Virus record (IMG/VR): IMGVR_UViG_3300021375_000014
Span: 1-64,000 of that record
Length of the DNA stretch: 64,000 bases
Source: a virus
Strand: one strand, 5' to 3'
Both the position numbers and the translations under genes were made by a program. Numbering within the stretch: position 1 is the stretch's first letter; each line of letters opens with the position of its first letter. Under the pieces are notes generated by a model. That model was not told the origin of the DNA and did no database searches. It saw nothing but the letters and a program-made list of their open reading frames with translations. Shown here one piece after another: positions 18,654 to 28,949 of this stretch.

Positions 18654-19899
18654 GCCAATATTTCCTGAATTCTGGATAAACATCTAATATATTAGTTCCG
18701 TGGTGTTGGTCTTGTGCATTAGCGTATTCAATAAAGTCATCCCAATAATGATACCAATCCTCGCCATTCATATAATTAATTACGTTGTCACCAAATTTCT
18801 TCCATCGCTCAAATGATCTGTTTACAAATTTTTGTGAGTGATTATAAGATTGCATCCATTCTCTATCTCCATTAATCAATTCATCCCAATCATTTGTTAC
18901 TTTTTCTTTTAATGCCGGTGGTAACAATTTAGGATTTAATGGTTGAGGAAACTGAACAATACTTGTGTGATAATCAACTCCCATTGAATAATAATACTTG
19001 GCGATTTCAGTTGCTCTGGTAATATTTAATAAATTGGCTGTCATTGTTGCACTTAGTTGAATATTGCTTAACTGTAGTGCTTTTTTTATATTATCTTCTG
19101 CTATCGATAAATTACCTCGCACTCTAACGTATTCGTATATTTCAGGATACGCATCCAAACTAACTCGTATACTAACACGCTTAAAATGCTTCCACAAATC
19201 TAGTATACTTTTTCCCTTGTATTCTAGTGTACTAAAATTACTATTATATTGTAATGTAATATGGTTTGCTTCAGGTAAAATACGCTCTAAAAAATCATAA
19301 TGCTTATCATGGAACAAAGGCTCTCCGCCTGTAATCATCAATTCAGTAAGGTTAGGACTAAGTGAAACCACTTCATCAATTATCTCTTGTGTTAGACTAA
19401 CATGATTTTCAAGTTCCCTGTATGTTCCAACTTTTTTCATTTGCCCCATTAATATAGGATCTCGTTTCGCCTTCTGTTCCCATATGCTACTATATGTAGG
19501 TGAACAATGTCTGCACATTAAATTACAAATATTATCAAAACGTATTTCAATACTTTGTAGATTTTCAATTGGGTAACTGCCATCTTCTTCAATATTATTG
19601 ATAATAGTATTACTATCAACATCGGGATACATTTCAGACGCATTTTGGCGTAAACTTTTAGCACCACTACGTTCTAAATCCCAACAACTTATACATCCTT
19701 TATGCTGAACTCCATTTACTAATTCGGTTCGCACTTTACGTAACTGGTCGCCATTCCAAGTATCTGCAAGTGTATCTGTTAGAAAATCTCCAACCTTATC
19801 TGGATATCGCCAACATGCACTCAACTTGCCTTCATTTTTGATGTTAATATGATGGAAAGGCATTATGCAAAATGTATCACTCTTATTCTTATCAGCCAT
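18643..19899 (-). CDS. radical SAM protein, N-terminal SPASM/twitch (subtype A)
   Basis: FCIMPF..ACW..CISC, CNLMCRHC, TGGEP. Confidence 0.92.
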   Translation of the reverse strand: MADKNKSDTFCIMPFHHINIKNEGKLSACWRYPDKVGDFLTDTLADTWNGDQLRKVRTELVNGVQHKGCISCWDLERSGAKSLRQNASEMYPDVDSNTIINNIEEDGSYPIENLQSIEIRFDNICNLMCRHCSPTYSSIWEQKAKRDPILMGQMKKVGTYRELENHVSLTQEIIDEVVSLSPNLTELMITGGEPLFHDKHYDFLERILPEANHITLQYNSNFSTLEYKGKSILDLWKHFKRVSIRVSLDAYPEIYEYVRVRGNLSIAEDNIKKALQLSNIQLSATMTANLLNITRATEIAKYYYSMGVDYHTSIVQFPQPLNPKLLPPALKEKVTNDWDELINGDREWMQSYNHSQKFVNRSFERWKKFGDNVINYMNGEDWYHYWDDFIEYANAQDQHHGTNILDVYPEFRKYWHEV

Positions 19900-21309
19900 T
19901 TATATATCCTTAAATATGTCTTTCATCTCTACAAAGGTAGAACTGAAACTATTGTTGCGCTGCCTATCACATAGACTTAAATATTCTTTTAATTCTGGTA
20001 ACCTAATGCTCCAGTCTTCACTTTCCATAAATTGTAACATGCCTTGAAGACGTTTTATTCCGTATTCAGCTTCGATAAAATTTTCTTGTGTTATATTTTC
20101 CTTATGCCAACTTGGGATACCTTTTTCCCAATTCTCTTCCCACCATGGATAGAACTCTTCATACTTTTTACGTATTTCTGCTTTGAACCATTCGGGTAAT
20201 ACTTTAACGTTTAGGTGCGGAGGATGATAAACAAAGTGATAGTTAATACCACCTGCGCCAAACGGCCACATGTTTATTTTCGTAAAACCCTGTTCTAGTT
20301 TCCATCTGATGAAATCAGGTAAGTAGTAAATGTTTAAAGCCTGCACAGCACATGCAACTGTTACTTCTACATTGTCACTTGTTTGTGTATCTAATATATG
20401 AAATACTTCTTCCTGTCTGCTCCAGTTACTAGGATATCGAATATAATCATTCATACTCCCAATACTATCAACACTATAGTGAAAGCGTACTAATTTAAAT
20501 TCTTTCCATAGATCAAATAAATCATCTCTCCACTCTACGCCATTTGAGTTATAACGTAGTTCTAGATTCTTTGCATAACCATTACTAATTGCATGTTCAA
20601 GTATTTCGTAGTGTTCTTCAATAATAAGACTTTCGCCACCTGCAAAATATATCTGTTGCATACTAGGCATCTGTTCGTAAAACTGTTTCCAAAATTTTGG
20701 GTTTTGCTTGTGCCAATTATAACTACTTCTATTAGTACTACCTTTATCAGCCCACTGCATTGTTTCCTTTAGCGATTCGTTTTTTACCTCCGGAAAAATC
20801 TTTTTGTAATCTTTAATCCAACCACTACTATCATGTGGACTACACATCACACATGCTAATTGACACTTAGTACCAAATCTTAAATCAATATATGCTAACT
20901 GTGGAGGGACACCACCGTCTTCAGATGTGTTTTCGATAAGTTCATCAACATTTACACGTTTACTCCAATAATTTGTTTCCCACATACGTTTACTATTATG
21001 TCCCGATGCCTCTTCTTTGTAACACTTCATACAACTAGGAGGCTTTTCACCATTAAGCATTTGTAGTCGTACATTCTTCATGTAATTAGAATTCCAAGCA
21101 GTTTCGAAGTCACTAACATTTAGATTGTTTGGTTTGCCATCGTCTGTTTTCAGAATTCCAATTTGCCCGCCATTAACTTTATCATTGGTTGGACCAACGC
21201 TACTTGCATTTGCAGTACAACATACTCGCATACTGCCATCAGGACGAGTGCTAAGGTGTACCCATGGCAACAGACAAAATGTATCACTTGGATATTTTTT
21301 TTCAGACAT
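19900..21309 (-). CDS. radical SAM protein, N-terminal SPASM/twitch (subtype A)
   Basis: FCLLPW..RVCC..CMKC, CQLACVMC, AGGES. Confidence 0.92.
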   Translation of the reverse strand: MSEKKYPSDTFCLLPWVHLSTRPDGSMRVCCTANASSVGPTNDKVNGGQIGILKTDDGKPNNLNVSDFETAWNSNYMKNVRLQMLNGEKPPSCMKCYKEEASGHNSKRMWETNYWSKRVNVDELIENTSEDGGVPPQLAYIDLRFGTKCQLACVMCSPHDSSGWIKDYKKIFPEVKNESLKETMQWADKGSTNRSSYNWHKQNPKFWKQFYEQMPSMQQIYFAGGESLIIEEHYEILEHAISNGYAKNLELRYNSNGVEWRDDLFDLWKEFKLVRFHYSVDSIGSMNDYIRYPSNWSRQEEVFHILDTQTSDNVEVTVACAVQALNIYYLPDFIRWKLEQGFTKINMWPFGAGGINYHFVYHPPHLNVKVLPEWFKAEIRKKYEEFYPWWEENWEKGIPSWHKENITQENFIEAEYGIKRLQGMLQFMESEDWSIRLPELKEYLSLCDRQRNNSFSSTFVEMKDIFKDI

Positions 21310-21335
21310 TTGGTGTTTACTCCGTTATTATACGT

Positions 21336-21364
21336 ATTATACTAACATTTTAAATGATTGTCAA
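21336..21364 (-). promoter_or_regulatory. perfect sigma70 consensus promoter internal to the cluster
   Basis: Minus strand TTGACA(21364-21359)-N17-TATAAT(21341-21336); GGAG RBS before 21309. Confidence 0.88.
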
Positions 21365-21369
21365 TATAA

Positions 21370-22152
21370 TTAATCATTAATTATTTCTCCATACGCCCAT
21401 TCACGTTCCTGACACCACCAACAAGTATTACACGTTTTAGTCCAGTTATCGGTTTTATGACCATCCCCTTCACAACTACGAGTGATCTTATCTAGTGTAT
21501 CAAGTATACCGAGGTTATCTGCCAACCACATTGTTACACGTTTATCTGCATTACGAAATGGTTCAACATATCTACAATCATCACCATTTGCATTGTGTAC
21601 CACAGTACAACTATCTATTGCAACTGCCGGACTGTTAGGGTCATTGTGGTCACGTTTTACTTCTCTATACTGGTGCATATTATCGATAGTCATAGGCACA
21701 GGCGGATTTTTAGTGACACCATTATAATCATGTACTCTACACACTTGATTATTTGGCATTTCTGCTTTTCGAATTGGATTATAATTTTGCGAAACTAAGT
21801 TTTTTTGTGCAGCAAGATATGTTGCACTTCCATTTTCCCACCAGTTTATTGCATCTAACCACTGTTTGTCTCTGATATCAGCATCTGGTATTTCTTTTCT
21901 AACCCAATCTATAATAGTATCTACTATTGGTCTATTATCAACCCGATAAAGCCATGTTCTGTCATCATCTGGATTTGCACGAACTACTGTAATAGGTTGA
22001 ATTATAGCATTAGGATTTGTTTCTGCGCATGTTTGTGCAACCATATACAATAATAGTGCACTATCAAATCCGCCACTAGTGCGAACTGTTATCATTTGTG
22101 ATTCTACCGGTATATAAACTGTACCATATGGTGTATTATAAATTTTGTTCAT
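21370..22152 (-). CDS. QueC-like PP-loop ATP pyrophosphatase
   Basis: SGGFDS PP-loop; TRSCE...CNTCWWCQER Zn motif. Confidence 0.8.
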   Translation of the reverse strand: MNKIYNTPYGTVYIPVESQMITVRTSGGFDSALLLYMVAQTCAETNPNAIIQPITVVRANPDDDRTWLYRVDNRPIVDTIIDWVRKEIPDADIRDKQWLDAINWWENGSATYLAAQKNLVSQNYNPIRKAEMPNNQVCRVHDYNGVTKNPPVPMTIDNMHQYREVKRDHNDPNSPAVAIDSCTVVHNANGDDCRYVEPFRNADKRVTMWLADNLGILDTLDKITRSCEGDGHKTDNWTKTCNTCWWCQEREWAYGEIIND

Positions 22153-23224
22153 TGTGATCCTCTATCTTGAATTTTGCAATTGGTTTTGTTTCTTGGACTT
22201 TCTTACTACATGTGCTGGCACATTTAACCATCTTACTTCCGCAACTTGTACCATAATCTGAATCAAAACTTCCTACTAAATCTTTTTTATAAAATGGATG
22301 ATTTAATATGTCATTAACACTATGCAGATCCAACCTATTCCAATCAGGTGAATTATATTCACTATACATAGTTTTACTTACCTGATGCCAATGTGTATTA
22401 TGACCGCCGAATTCAGTATTTCTAATAAAACAGCAAGGCCACAGACGCGCATTGAAATCAATAAAATACATTTTTTGTCTTTGAAAGAAACAATCAATTG
22501 GATCGTTTTCAACACTTTTCTTTGATATAAAAAACTTATCAAGATCGTCTGGGCTTGAATTATTATATTGTTTATCTTCCGCCTGTAGCCTCTGTATGTC
22601 TTCTATTTCCCAATTATTCTCAGATATCATACTTCGGTCTAACCTATGTATGAAATTCTTAAATCCCATCTGCTTGCTTTTCTCACTTGCTTCTTCAACT
22701 TGATGTTTGTTCCATGGAAATACCAAATATTGCCAGCCCGCATCTCCGCCCGCGTGAATGAAAGATTCTGCATTTTCCATAATTCGATTAAAATTAGTTC
22801 TTTGTCTATATAAATGATTGGTATCGTGTAAACCATCTATACTAAATTTCAATTGGTGCCGGTCAAACTGTTGTAGTATTTCAGCAGTTTCAGCCCAGTA
22901 ACTTGGATTTCTAATACTACCATTAGTATGTATCCAAACTTTTTTTATTCCACATTTCAGTGCTAACCTAAGAATATCATTAAATTGAGGATGCATGAAA
23001 GGATCATCAACTGTTCCACAAAAGTCCAAATCTGTAACTGTCTCAAACTCATTTAAGAATTTTTCAATCACATCTAGTTGTAGGATCTTTTTATCTGGAA
23101 TAGTTGGCATCTTATCATTGAAATTTAGATGATTGGTACGTGCACAGCCGAAACACAGCGCATTACACATACTACTAATCTCTAGTTGTAATCGTGTAGG
23201 CTCCGGTAGATACATCTGTGTCAA
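22136..23224 (-). CDS. radical SAM protein (subtype C)
   Basis: LEISSMCNALCFGC, CGTVDDP, TNGS, LWPCC. Confidence 0.9.
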   Translation of the reverse strand: MTQMYLPEPTRLQLEISSMCNALCFGCARTNHLNFNDKMPTIPDKKILQLDVIEKFLNEFETVTDLDFCGTVDDPFMHPQFNDILRLALKCGIKKVWIHTNGSIRNPSYWAETAEILQQFDRHQLKFSIDGLHDTNHLYRQRTNFNRIMENAESFIHAGGDAGWQYLVFPWNKHQVEEASEKSKQMGFKNFIHRLDRSMISENNWEIEDIQRLQAEDKQYNNSSPDDLDKFFISKKSVENDPIDCFFQRQKMYFIDFNARLWPCCFIRNTEFGGHNTHWHQVSKTMYSEYNSPDWNRLDLHSVNDILNHPFYKKDLVGSFDSDYGTSCGSKMVKCASTCSKKVQETKPIAKFKIEDHNEQNL

Positions 23225-24206
23225 TGTACTTATCTCCTTTTTTCATATTTTTAATCTTAGTTGTTTGTAAATCAGTCAGACAACCACATAAGTTCCACTT
23301 ACATTTTACTGGTAGTAATGGAATACTATAATTTTTATCCCTAATATTACCATATTTTAAGTTCTTAAAACACTGGCTACCTGGTTTAATCCAACCATTA
23401 TGTTGAACTACCAGTGTTTCAACTCCCATATAACAATACCAATCTTTCCAATCATTTAGTTTTGGTAATAGTATTTCATTTTCTATACTTTTAATTTTTA
23501 CTGGTTCTTCTCCGTCTTTTCTCCACTGCATTATGCTTTGTTGTTTTTTATTTGGTGTTCCGTGTAATGTCTGCAAAGAATTCATTGTTGCTAATTGTAC
23601 ATCTGTGTACGGTTGTAAGTCATGCTTCCGTATTGATATTCTAACAGGCTTGTATTGTAAACTAATATTATGGGTTAAATTATCATACAAATATTTATAT
23701 GTGGCAACACACCCATCAAATTGTGCAATATCCATCATAACATGCAATGATATATTTATACCCGATTGTTGAACTTGATTAAATTTTTCAACAATCTTTT
23801 CTTTTTTGGTCTGCCCCTCATGAATACTTACAATAAGCAAATCGAATAAATGTGCTCTATCAGTCCACCATTTTGTGCCGCGTGTGCCGTTAGTTAATAA
23901 TCGGATTATATTATTTTCATTTATATTTTTAATATACTCACAAACTTTATCCACCTCTGGCCATAATGCAGGCTCACCACCATGAAAATTAAAAAACATT
24001 ATTTTTTTCTGTGGGACACATATTTTTTCCCATATAAAATCAATGAACCTAACACAATCATCAAAATCATGCCAGGGAACTCCGCCATCCCAACATGCTG
24101 GATCACAGTAAGAGCATTGAAAATTACAAGTGTTTCCTGCAGCCCAATCAATGATTATTGCATTTTCTGACGCGGGTTCAAAATAATCATATTCATCTTT
24201 TGTCAT
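23175..24206 (-). CDS. radical SAM protein with C-terminal twitch (subtype B)
   Basis: CNFQCSYC, GGEP, WYCYMG...C...CKWNLCGC. Confidence 0.92.
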   Translation of the reverse strand: MTKDEYDYFEPASENAIIIDWAAGNTCNFQCSYCDPACWDGGVPWHDFDDCVRFIDFIWEKICVPQKKIMFFNFHGGEPALWPEVDKVCEYIKNINENNIIRLLTNGTRGTKWWTDRAHLFDLLIVSIHEGQTKKEKIVEKFNQVQQSGINISLHVMMDIAQFDGCVATYKYLYDNLTHNISLQYKPVRISIRKHDLQPYTDVQLATMNSLQTLHGTPNKKQQSIMQWRKDGEEPVKIKSIENEILLPKLNDWKDWYCYMGVETLVVQHNGWIKPGSQCFKNLKYGNIRDKNYSIPLLPVKCKWNLCGCLTDLQTTKIKNMKKGDKYIDTDVSTGAYTITTRD

Positions 24207-25288
24207 CTGAATTGTTCCTTAAACGGATCAAATTCGGATCCACACTTCATTGCGCATACTCCCAACTTACCGTCACTTAAACTAGATTTACTCCAACTGT
24301 CTGTAATGCTATTTAATAATGTACCATCCATAACATTTTTTATATCATTGGTAATAACATTAATTCCATCTTTACCACCAGATGAATCAATGTGATCCCA
24401 AATCTGCTCTACACGATAATCTTTATGCCACCATTTATACATACGTCCAGCAGTCCAACAACATGGCATTAATAATCCCTCAGCAGTAACAAAAATCTCA
24501 TTCTTTTCTACTGCCTTACATTTAATAGAACACTTATCATAATAGTCTCTCATTGACCCATAAGATTTTTCTATTTCTTTTTGTTTTAATAATGCAATAT
24601 TCTGATTATCAATACTTTTTGGTTTCGCAATCATTGTTGTTTTTTCACCCTTGCGATTTTGAGCCTGATGTGTCTCTTTAGATGTTTCACCACTTGCAAC
24701 TATAAATCTTCCAGATTTTTTCTTTTGAAACTTTTCACATCCCCATTCAATAGCAAGTGCTTCTGCTTCTGCAACCTGATGTTCATTGTGTTGGAATATC
24801 AAAAAATCCCATCTCGCTCTACCACCGGCAGAAATAAATGTACGCATATTACGTTCTACATTATCCCAAACAACATTTTGTCTATAAAGATGATTAGTAT
24901 CACGGAGACCATCAACACTAAATATTACTGCACCTTTATTATTAATAACACCGGCCAATTCTTCCCACCATTCTGAATTCTTTGCACCGGCATTTGTATT
25001 CATACTTAGCCACATTGTAGAATTATGTTCTCTAAAGTATTTAAATACTTCTAATGTATCTCTAGCAACAATGGGATCACCAAGATTGCCACACATATAC
25101 ATAGCGTCTAATTGTCCTATAAACTCCGGAGAGAATATCTTTTTACAATCGTCTATTGATAGTTCTGCATTAGTAATATGTCTATTGTCAACCCCACCGT
25201 TTTCATTTCGATCACACATAGGACACGCTGCTTGGCAACGTTGAGTTATTTCTAGATGAACTTGTTTTATGTTACTATATCTATACAA
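24203..25288 (-). CDS. radical SAM protein (subtype C)
   Basis: LEITQRCQAACPMC, CGNLGDP, MPCCW, CAMKC; likely TTG start at 25288 overlapping the upstream stop. Confidence 0.9.
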   Translation of the reverse strand: MYRYSNIKQVHLEITQRCQAACPMCDRNENGGVDNRHITNAELSIDDCKKIFSPEFIGQLDAMYMCGNLGDPIVARDTLEVFKYFREHNSTMWLSMNTNAGAKNSEWWEELAGVINNKGAVIFSVDGLRDTNHLYRQNVVWDNVERNMRTFISAGGRARWDFLIFQHNEHQVAEAEALAIEWGCEKFQKKKSGRFIVASGETSKETHQAQNRKGEKTTMIAKPKSIDNQNIALLKQKEIEKSYGSMRDYYDKCSIKCKAVEKNEIFVTAEGLLMPCCWTAGRMYKWWHKDYRVEQIWDHIDSSGGKDGINVITNDIKNVMDGTLLNSITDSWSKSSLSDGKLGVCAMKCGSEFDPFKEQFR

Positions 25289-25946
25289 GTCTACCAAATC
25301 CCCATTGTCTTTCTTTACAAAACCAACATTTGCCACAGTGATGTGTAAAATCAGTGGTGTGAATTTCACAACTTCTAGTCAATGGGAATATTTCCTCTAA
25401 TATTCCCAATGTAACATAATGTTCACACACACCTTTTTTATCAGTATTGATCAACGGGCGTGTACTAAATCCATTAGTATAAGATTTTTTTTCTTTGCCA
25501 CGTTGACGTTCATTATACCATGCTGAATTAAATTCGCTAGGATCTACTAGTTCAGGTGCTTGCTCTGCGCTAGGGTTAGCAGTTATTCCAGCATAGTGGG
25601 ACTGTAAACCATATGATTTGTAAGCATTGATTACCAAAATGTCTTGGTCTTTAACATAGTTTGTATCACTCCTTACTGGCCCAGCGATATGAGTACTAAA
25701 GGTATAGTTGACAAGCGATTCAATTTTTGATATAACCTGTTTAGAAAATATTTCCTGAAATGGTTTTTTTTCACTCACTCCAGTTATAGGATAAATTTTT
25801 AAATCTGGACGTTCCGCTTCTGCATATTTGGCCAACATATAGGCTACTAATGCACTATCTGCCCCGCCTGATATTTTTAATCCTATTTTAGTAATGTTAG
25901 AATCTATACTCATTGTATAGTCATCTTGTGTGTTTTTAAATAGCAT
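25281..25946 (-). CDS. QueC-like PP-loop ATP pyrophosphatase
   Basis: SGGADS; TRSCE...HCGKCWFCKER. Confidence 0.82.
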   Translation of the reverse strand: MLFKNTQDDYTMSIDSNITKIGLKISGGADSALVAYMLAKYAEAERPDLKIYPITGVSEKKPFQEIFSKQVISKIESLVNYTFSTHIAGPVRSDTNYVKDQDILVINAYKSYGLQSHYAGITANPSAEQAPELVDPSEFNSAWYNERQRGKEKKSYTNGFSTRPLINTDKKGVCEHYVTLGILEEIFPLTRSCEIHTTDFTHHCGKCWFCKERQWGFGRLV

Positions 25947-25984
25947 CTATTTTCCCATTATAAATTCAACTTTTAAAGTAATAT

Positions 25985-26902
25985 TTACTTATATCCTATT
26001 ATCATAAATCGCTTATACTTATCAAGTTTTAATTCACCACTATATAATATATTTTGCATAGGCGCCATTACTACAAACTCTGCAATGTTATTTATACAAT
26101 TGACATGTTCCTCTACTTCAAAAAAGTTATTGCTTTGTAGTATAACTAGTTTACCATCTGGTATTAGATCATACCACGCTGCAAAGTTCGCAATATGTTC
26201 GCAACTAGTATTAATTATAGTGTCAGGAGAATCTACAATAGGATAACTCATACGATTGTTCGTTTTACTCCAACATTGCCAAGTATGTTGAGTATAATCA
26301 ATATCTAGTATGTCTGCTGTTATGCTTTTAAACTTCCATTGATTCGAAAACCAAGGATTATTAAAAACTTCTGCAATGTCTACACAAGTTTCGTCAATGT
26401 CAAAACTGCGGATTTTGTCTACTTTAATGTCGCTTTCAAACAGCATGGTTGCAAGAGTAGCGTACCATCCTGCACATAAGAAAACAGTACCTAAATCTAC
26501 ATTACACTTTTTAAGTTCATGTACTAACCAAAGTTTACTTCGCAACTGTCCTCGACTGAAACAGTCATTCCATATTTCGGTATTGTTAACAAAAAAACTT
26601 TTGAACGCTGCTGTAAATTGTGTATCAACATAACGATCTAATACTGGCCACAACTTCCAAGTGTTGTCTTCTAGTATAAGTTTACGCAAGTCCTCGTCGT
26701 CCGTAAGTCTAAAAATACTGTGCAGATTTTGTTCAAGCACTGCTCTGCGCAAGTCTTCTAGTTCTCCGTTTATTGCGGCTGGCAGCAATCTAAAAATACT
26801 TGAAATATCTTGATCAATATATGCTCTGCGTAAATCAGCAAGGTTACTATTAGTAGGATATAGTAGTTCAAATCTATCTAATAATTCAAATGTTTTGAGC
26901 AT
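25985..26902 (-). CDS. class I SAM-dependent methyltransferase-like protein with N-terminal repeats
   Basis: VFLCAGWYA, SFDID, INTSCEH, ILQSNN; three DLR...IFRL-type repeats. Confidence 0.65.
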   Translation of the reverse strand: MLKTFELLDRFELLYPTNSNLADLRRAYIDQDISSIFRLLPAAINGELEDLRRAVLEQNLHSIFRLTDDEDLRKLILEDNTWKLWPVLDRYVDTQFTAAFKSFFVNNTEIWNDCFSRGQLRSKLWLVHELKKCNVDLGTVFLCAGWYATLATMLFESDIKVDKIRSFDIDETCVDIAEVFNNPWFSNQWKFKSITADILDIDYTQHTWQCWSKTNNRMSYPIVDSPDTIINTSCEHIANFAAWYDLIPDGKLVILQSNNFFEVEEHVNCINNIAEFVVMAPMQNILYSGELKLDKYKRFMIIGYK

Positions 26903-27844
26903 TTACTTAATACCGATTTTCATATAATAATTTATCCCATTTATTTTTTGTACACCGGAATATAGTTCTGTTGTTAACTGAAACTTGCGATTAAATGCTA
27001 TTGAGCTAGTGAATGGTCTACATGAATCATCACTGCTACTGCCAACTAATACAACATATCGTGTCGTTGGAACCATTCTCCACCAATCTTCATAGTGTTC
27101 AATATTGCTAATATTAGTATTAATTATAACATTAGGAATTTCATCAAATGGATTACTCAAACTGCCATCCGGTAAAGTAGTAATAAATGTGTTACTAATG
27201 TAATTTATATTAAATATATCTTGTGTGGCAGATTTAAAGTTCCAATCTTCTAGCAATTTATCTTTCATCATCGAATCTGCCATGAATTGGCCGGATGGGT
27301 TTAAATCAAAACTACGAATATTTTGAAATATTAACGAACTATCCAAAAAGCTTGTACCTAATAATCCAATGCCACCATCTAAGATATAAATTGTCCCTAG
27401 ATACTTTGCTGCAAATATATTTGTCATCTGGGATATTATCCAACTGTTTATAGTACCATTAACGTCAGTAAGATAGGATGACATGTCAAAATTAGGAAAA
27501 TCATAAATCAAATCTTTAATTCTGCGTATCATCATGCCACTCTGAGAAACATTTATACTATGATAAGCAAGATAATCCATTGCACACCTATAGTTACCAA
27601 GCTGCTGTGAAGTATTATCTTCTGTATACAAATTACTCATGTACTGATAATCATACTTCTGTATTTTTGAATTTGTAGATATTATAACATCAGGATCAGA
27701 TACAATTTCATTTGTTTCTTCAATTATAAGTGTTGGATTTGTGTTGTTATTCAATTCATCATACACAACTGAGTTTGTTTTGAGTGTATTTGTTTTTCTT
27801 CTTGCTGCTCTTTTGTTTCTGACACTACTCATAATATCTATCAA
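26903..27844 (-). CDS. methyltransferase-like paralog (divergent)
   Basis: IYILDGGIG, RSFDLN, WNFKSATQDI, IINTN, YMKIGIK align with 25985..26902. Confidence 0.55.
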   Translation of the reverse strand: MIDIMSSVRNKRAARRKTNTLKTNSVVYDELNNNTNPTLIIEETNEIVSDPDVIISTNSKIQKYDYQYMSNLYTEDNTSQQLGNYRCAMDYLAYHSINVSQSGMMIRRIKDLIYDFPNFDMSSYLTDVNGTINSWIISQMTNIFAAKYLGTIYILDGGIGLLGTSFLDSSLIFQNIRSFDLNPSGQFMADSMMKDKLLEDWNFKSATQDIFNINYISNTFITTLPDGSLSNPFDEIPNVIINTNISNIEHYEDWWRMVPTTRYVVLVGSSSDDSCRPFTSSIAFNRKFQLTTELYSGVQKINGINYYMKIGIK

Positions 27845-28916
27845 ACCTTTCTTTTAGCCAATTATAATCATTTATTTTATTTAATTCTATGATGTTTTCT
27901 TTATTTTCTTCACCATATTTTCGGCCTGCAATCGCACCAGCAATGGCGTATTCGCCAAATTTTTTGTTTTTTCCTATCGCTGTCCAAGTAAACAATCGTT
28001 CATTTGTTTCTGTATCTACTTGTCCCTTAATGGTCTTACTCGACAACTTAGTACATTCCCTGAACGCACTTTTCCAAGCATTAAATGGATCGGTGTTAAA
28101 CTTAGTCACATTAGATATATCCGGCATTAACTTAAAATGTTCTGATATACTAGTAGTAAAATCTATATTCCAATCAGTTGCATTTCTCAGTAATGCTGTT
28201 GGAAATAATTTAACACCGCCATATCCATACACCAAGTCATTGATAGGATTAATTGAATGCCATGCATGCACGACTGTACGATCCCATATGGGTGCATAAT
28301 AATCAAAATTAAAATCTGGAGAAATAATAGCATCTGCATCTATTACGTAAAACATATCAGTTTCGGCAATCATTGCTGCTTTTTTGTGTGCATTAAAAAT
28401 TCCAGTAACACCGTGGACACGCTTTGCATATGGAAAACGTTCTAATATTGTTTGATAATTTTCATCAGCAAACTCTTCATCATAACTTAAATAAATTATA
28501 TCGTACAGTTTAATATTAGAATTAACACCACAGAGATCGTGTTTAATATATTCACCAGATAATAGATATAAATCATTTTCAATATTGTCTACATCATGAT
28601 TTTTATGTAACAATCTAATGCCTATATCGTGGCCGTGTTCATTTCTTATACCTGTATCGCCGCTCCAAATATGTGATAAATTATTATCCCATTCAGAAGG
28701 TCGGAAGTTCCAATCAAAGTCCGTTAAATTTATTTGATTATCGATTATCCAATAGTACTGAGTATTAACGTGCTTTTTTATTTCTTTGTGTAAATCATGT
28801 ACATTATTATTTGTTTTAACAATCTGTACATTTGGAATCTTTTCCTTGACTTTTTTATATTGTTCAATCACTTGAACGTGTAAGTCATCTATTATATAAA
28901 AACAATCGTATGCCAT
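27825..28916 (-). CDS. glycosyltransferase-like protein (GT-A fold)
   Basis: YLSYDE, GIFNAHKKAA, VIDAD (DxD), YGYGGVKLFP, AWKSAFRE. Confidence 0.7.
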   Translation of the reverse strand: MAYDCFYIIDDLHVQVIEQYKKVKEKIPNVQIVKTNNNVHDLHKEIKKHVNTQYYWIIDNQINLTDFDWNFRPSEWDNNLSHIWSGDTGIRNEHGHDIGIRLLHKNHDVDNIENDLYLLSGEYIKHDLCGVNSNIKLYDIIYLSYDEEFADENYQTILERFPYAKRVHGVTGIFNAHKKAAMIAETDMFYVIDADAIISPDFNFDYYAPIWDRTVVHAWHSINPINDLVYGYGGVKLFPTALLRNATDWNIDFTTSISEHFKLMPDISNVTKFNTDPFNAWKSAFRECTKLSSKTIKGQVDTETNERLFTWTAIGKNKKFGEYAIAGAIAGRKYGEENKENIIELNKINDYNWLKERFDRYYE

Positions 28917-28949
28917 TGATATCCCATTAATTATTATTATTATATCATA

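Noticed and set aside
21370-25946. Canonical 7-deazaguanine (preQ0/dpd) DNA modification locus
   Set aside because: No FolE, QueD or DpdA in the window, and the rSAMs are longer than QueE and carry auxiliary Cys domains.
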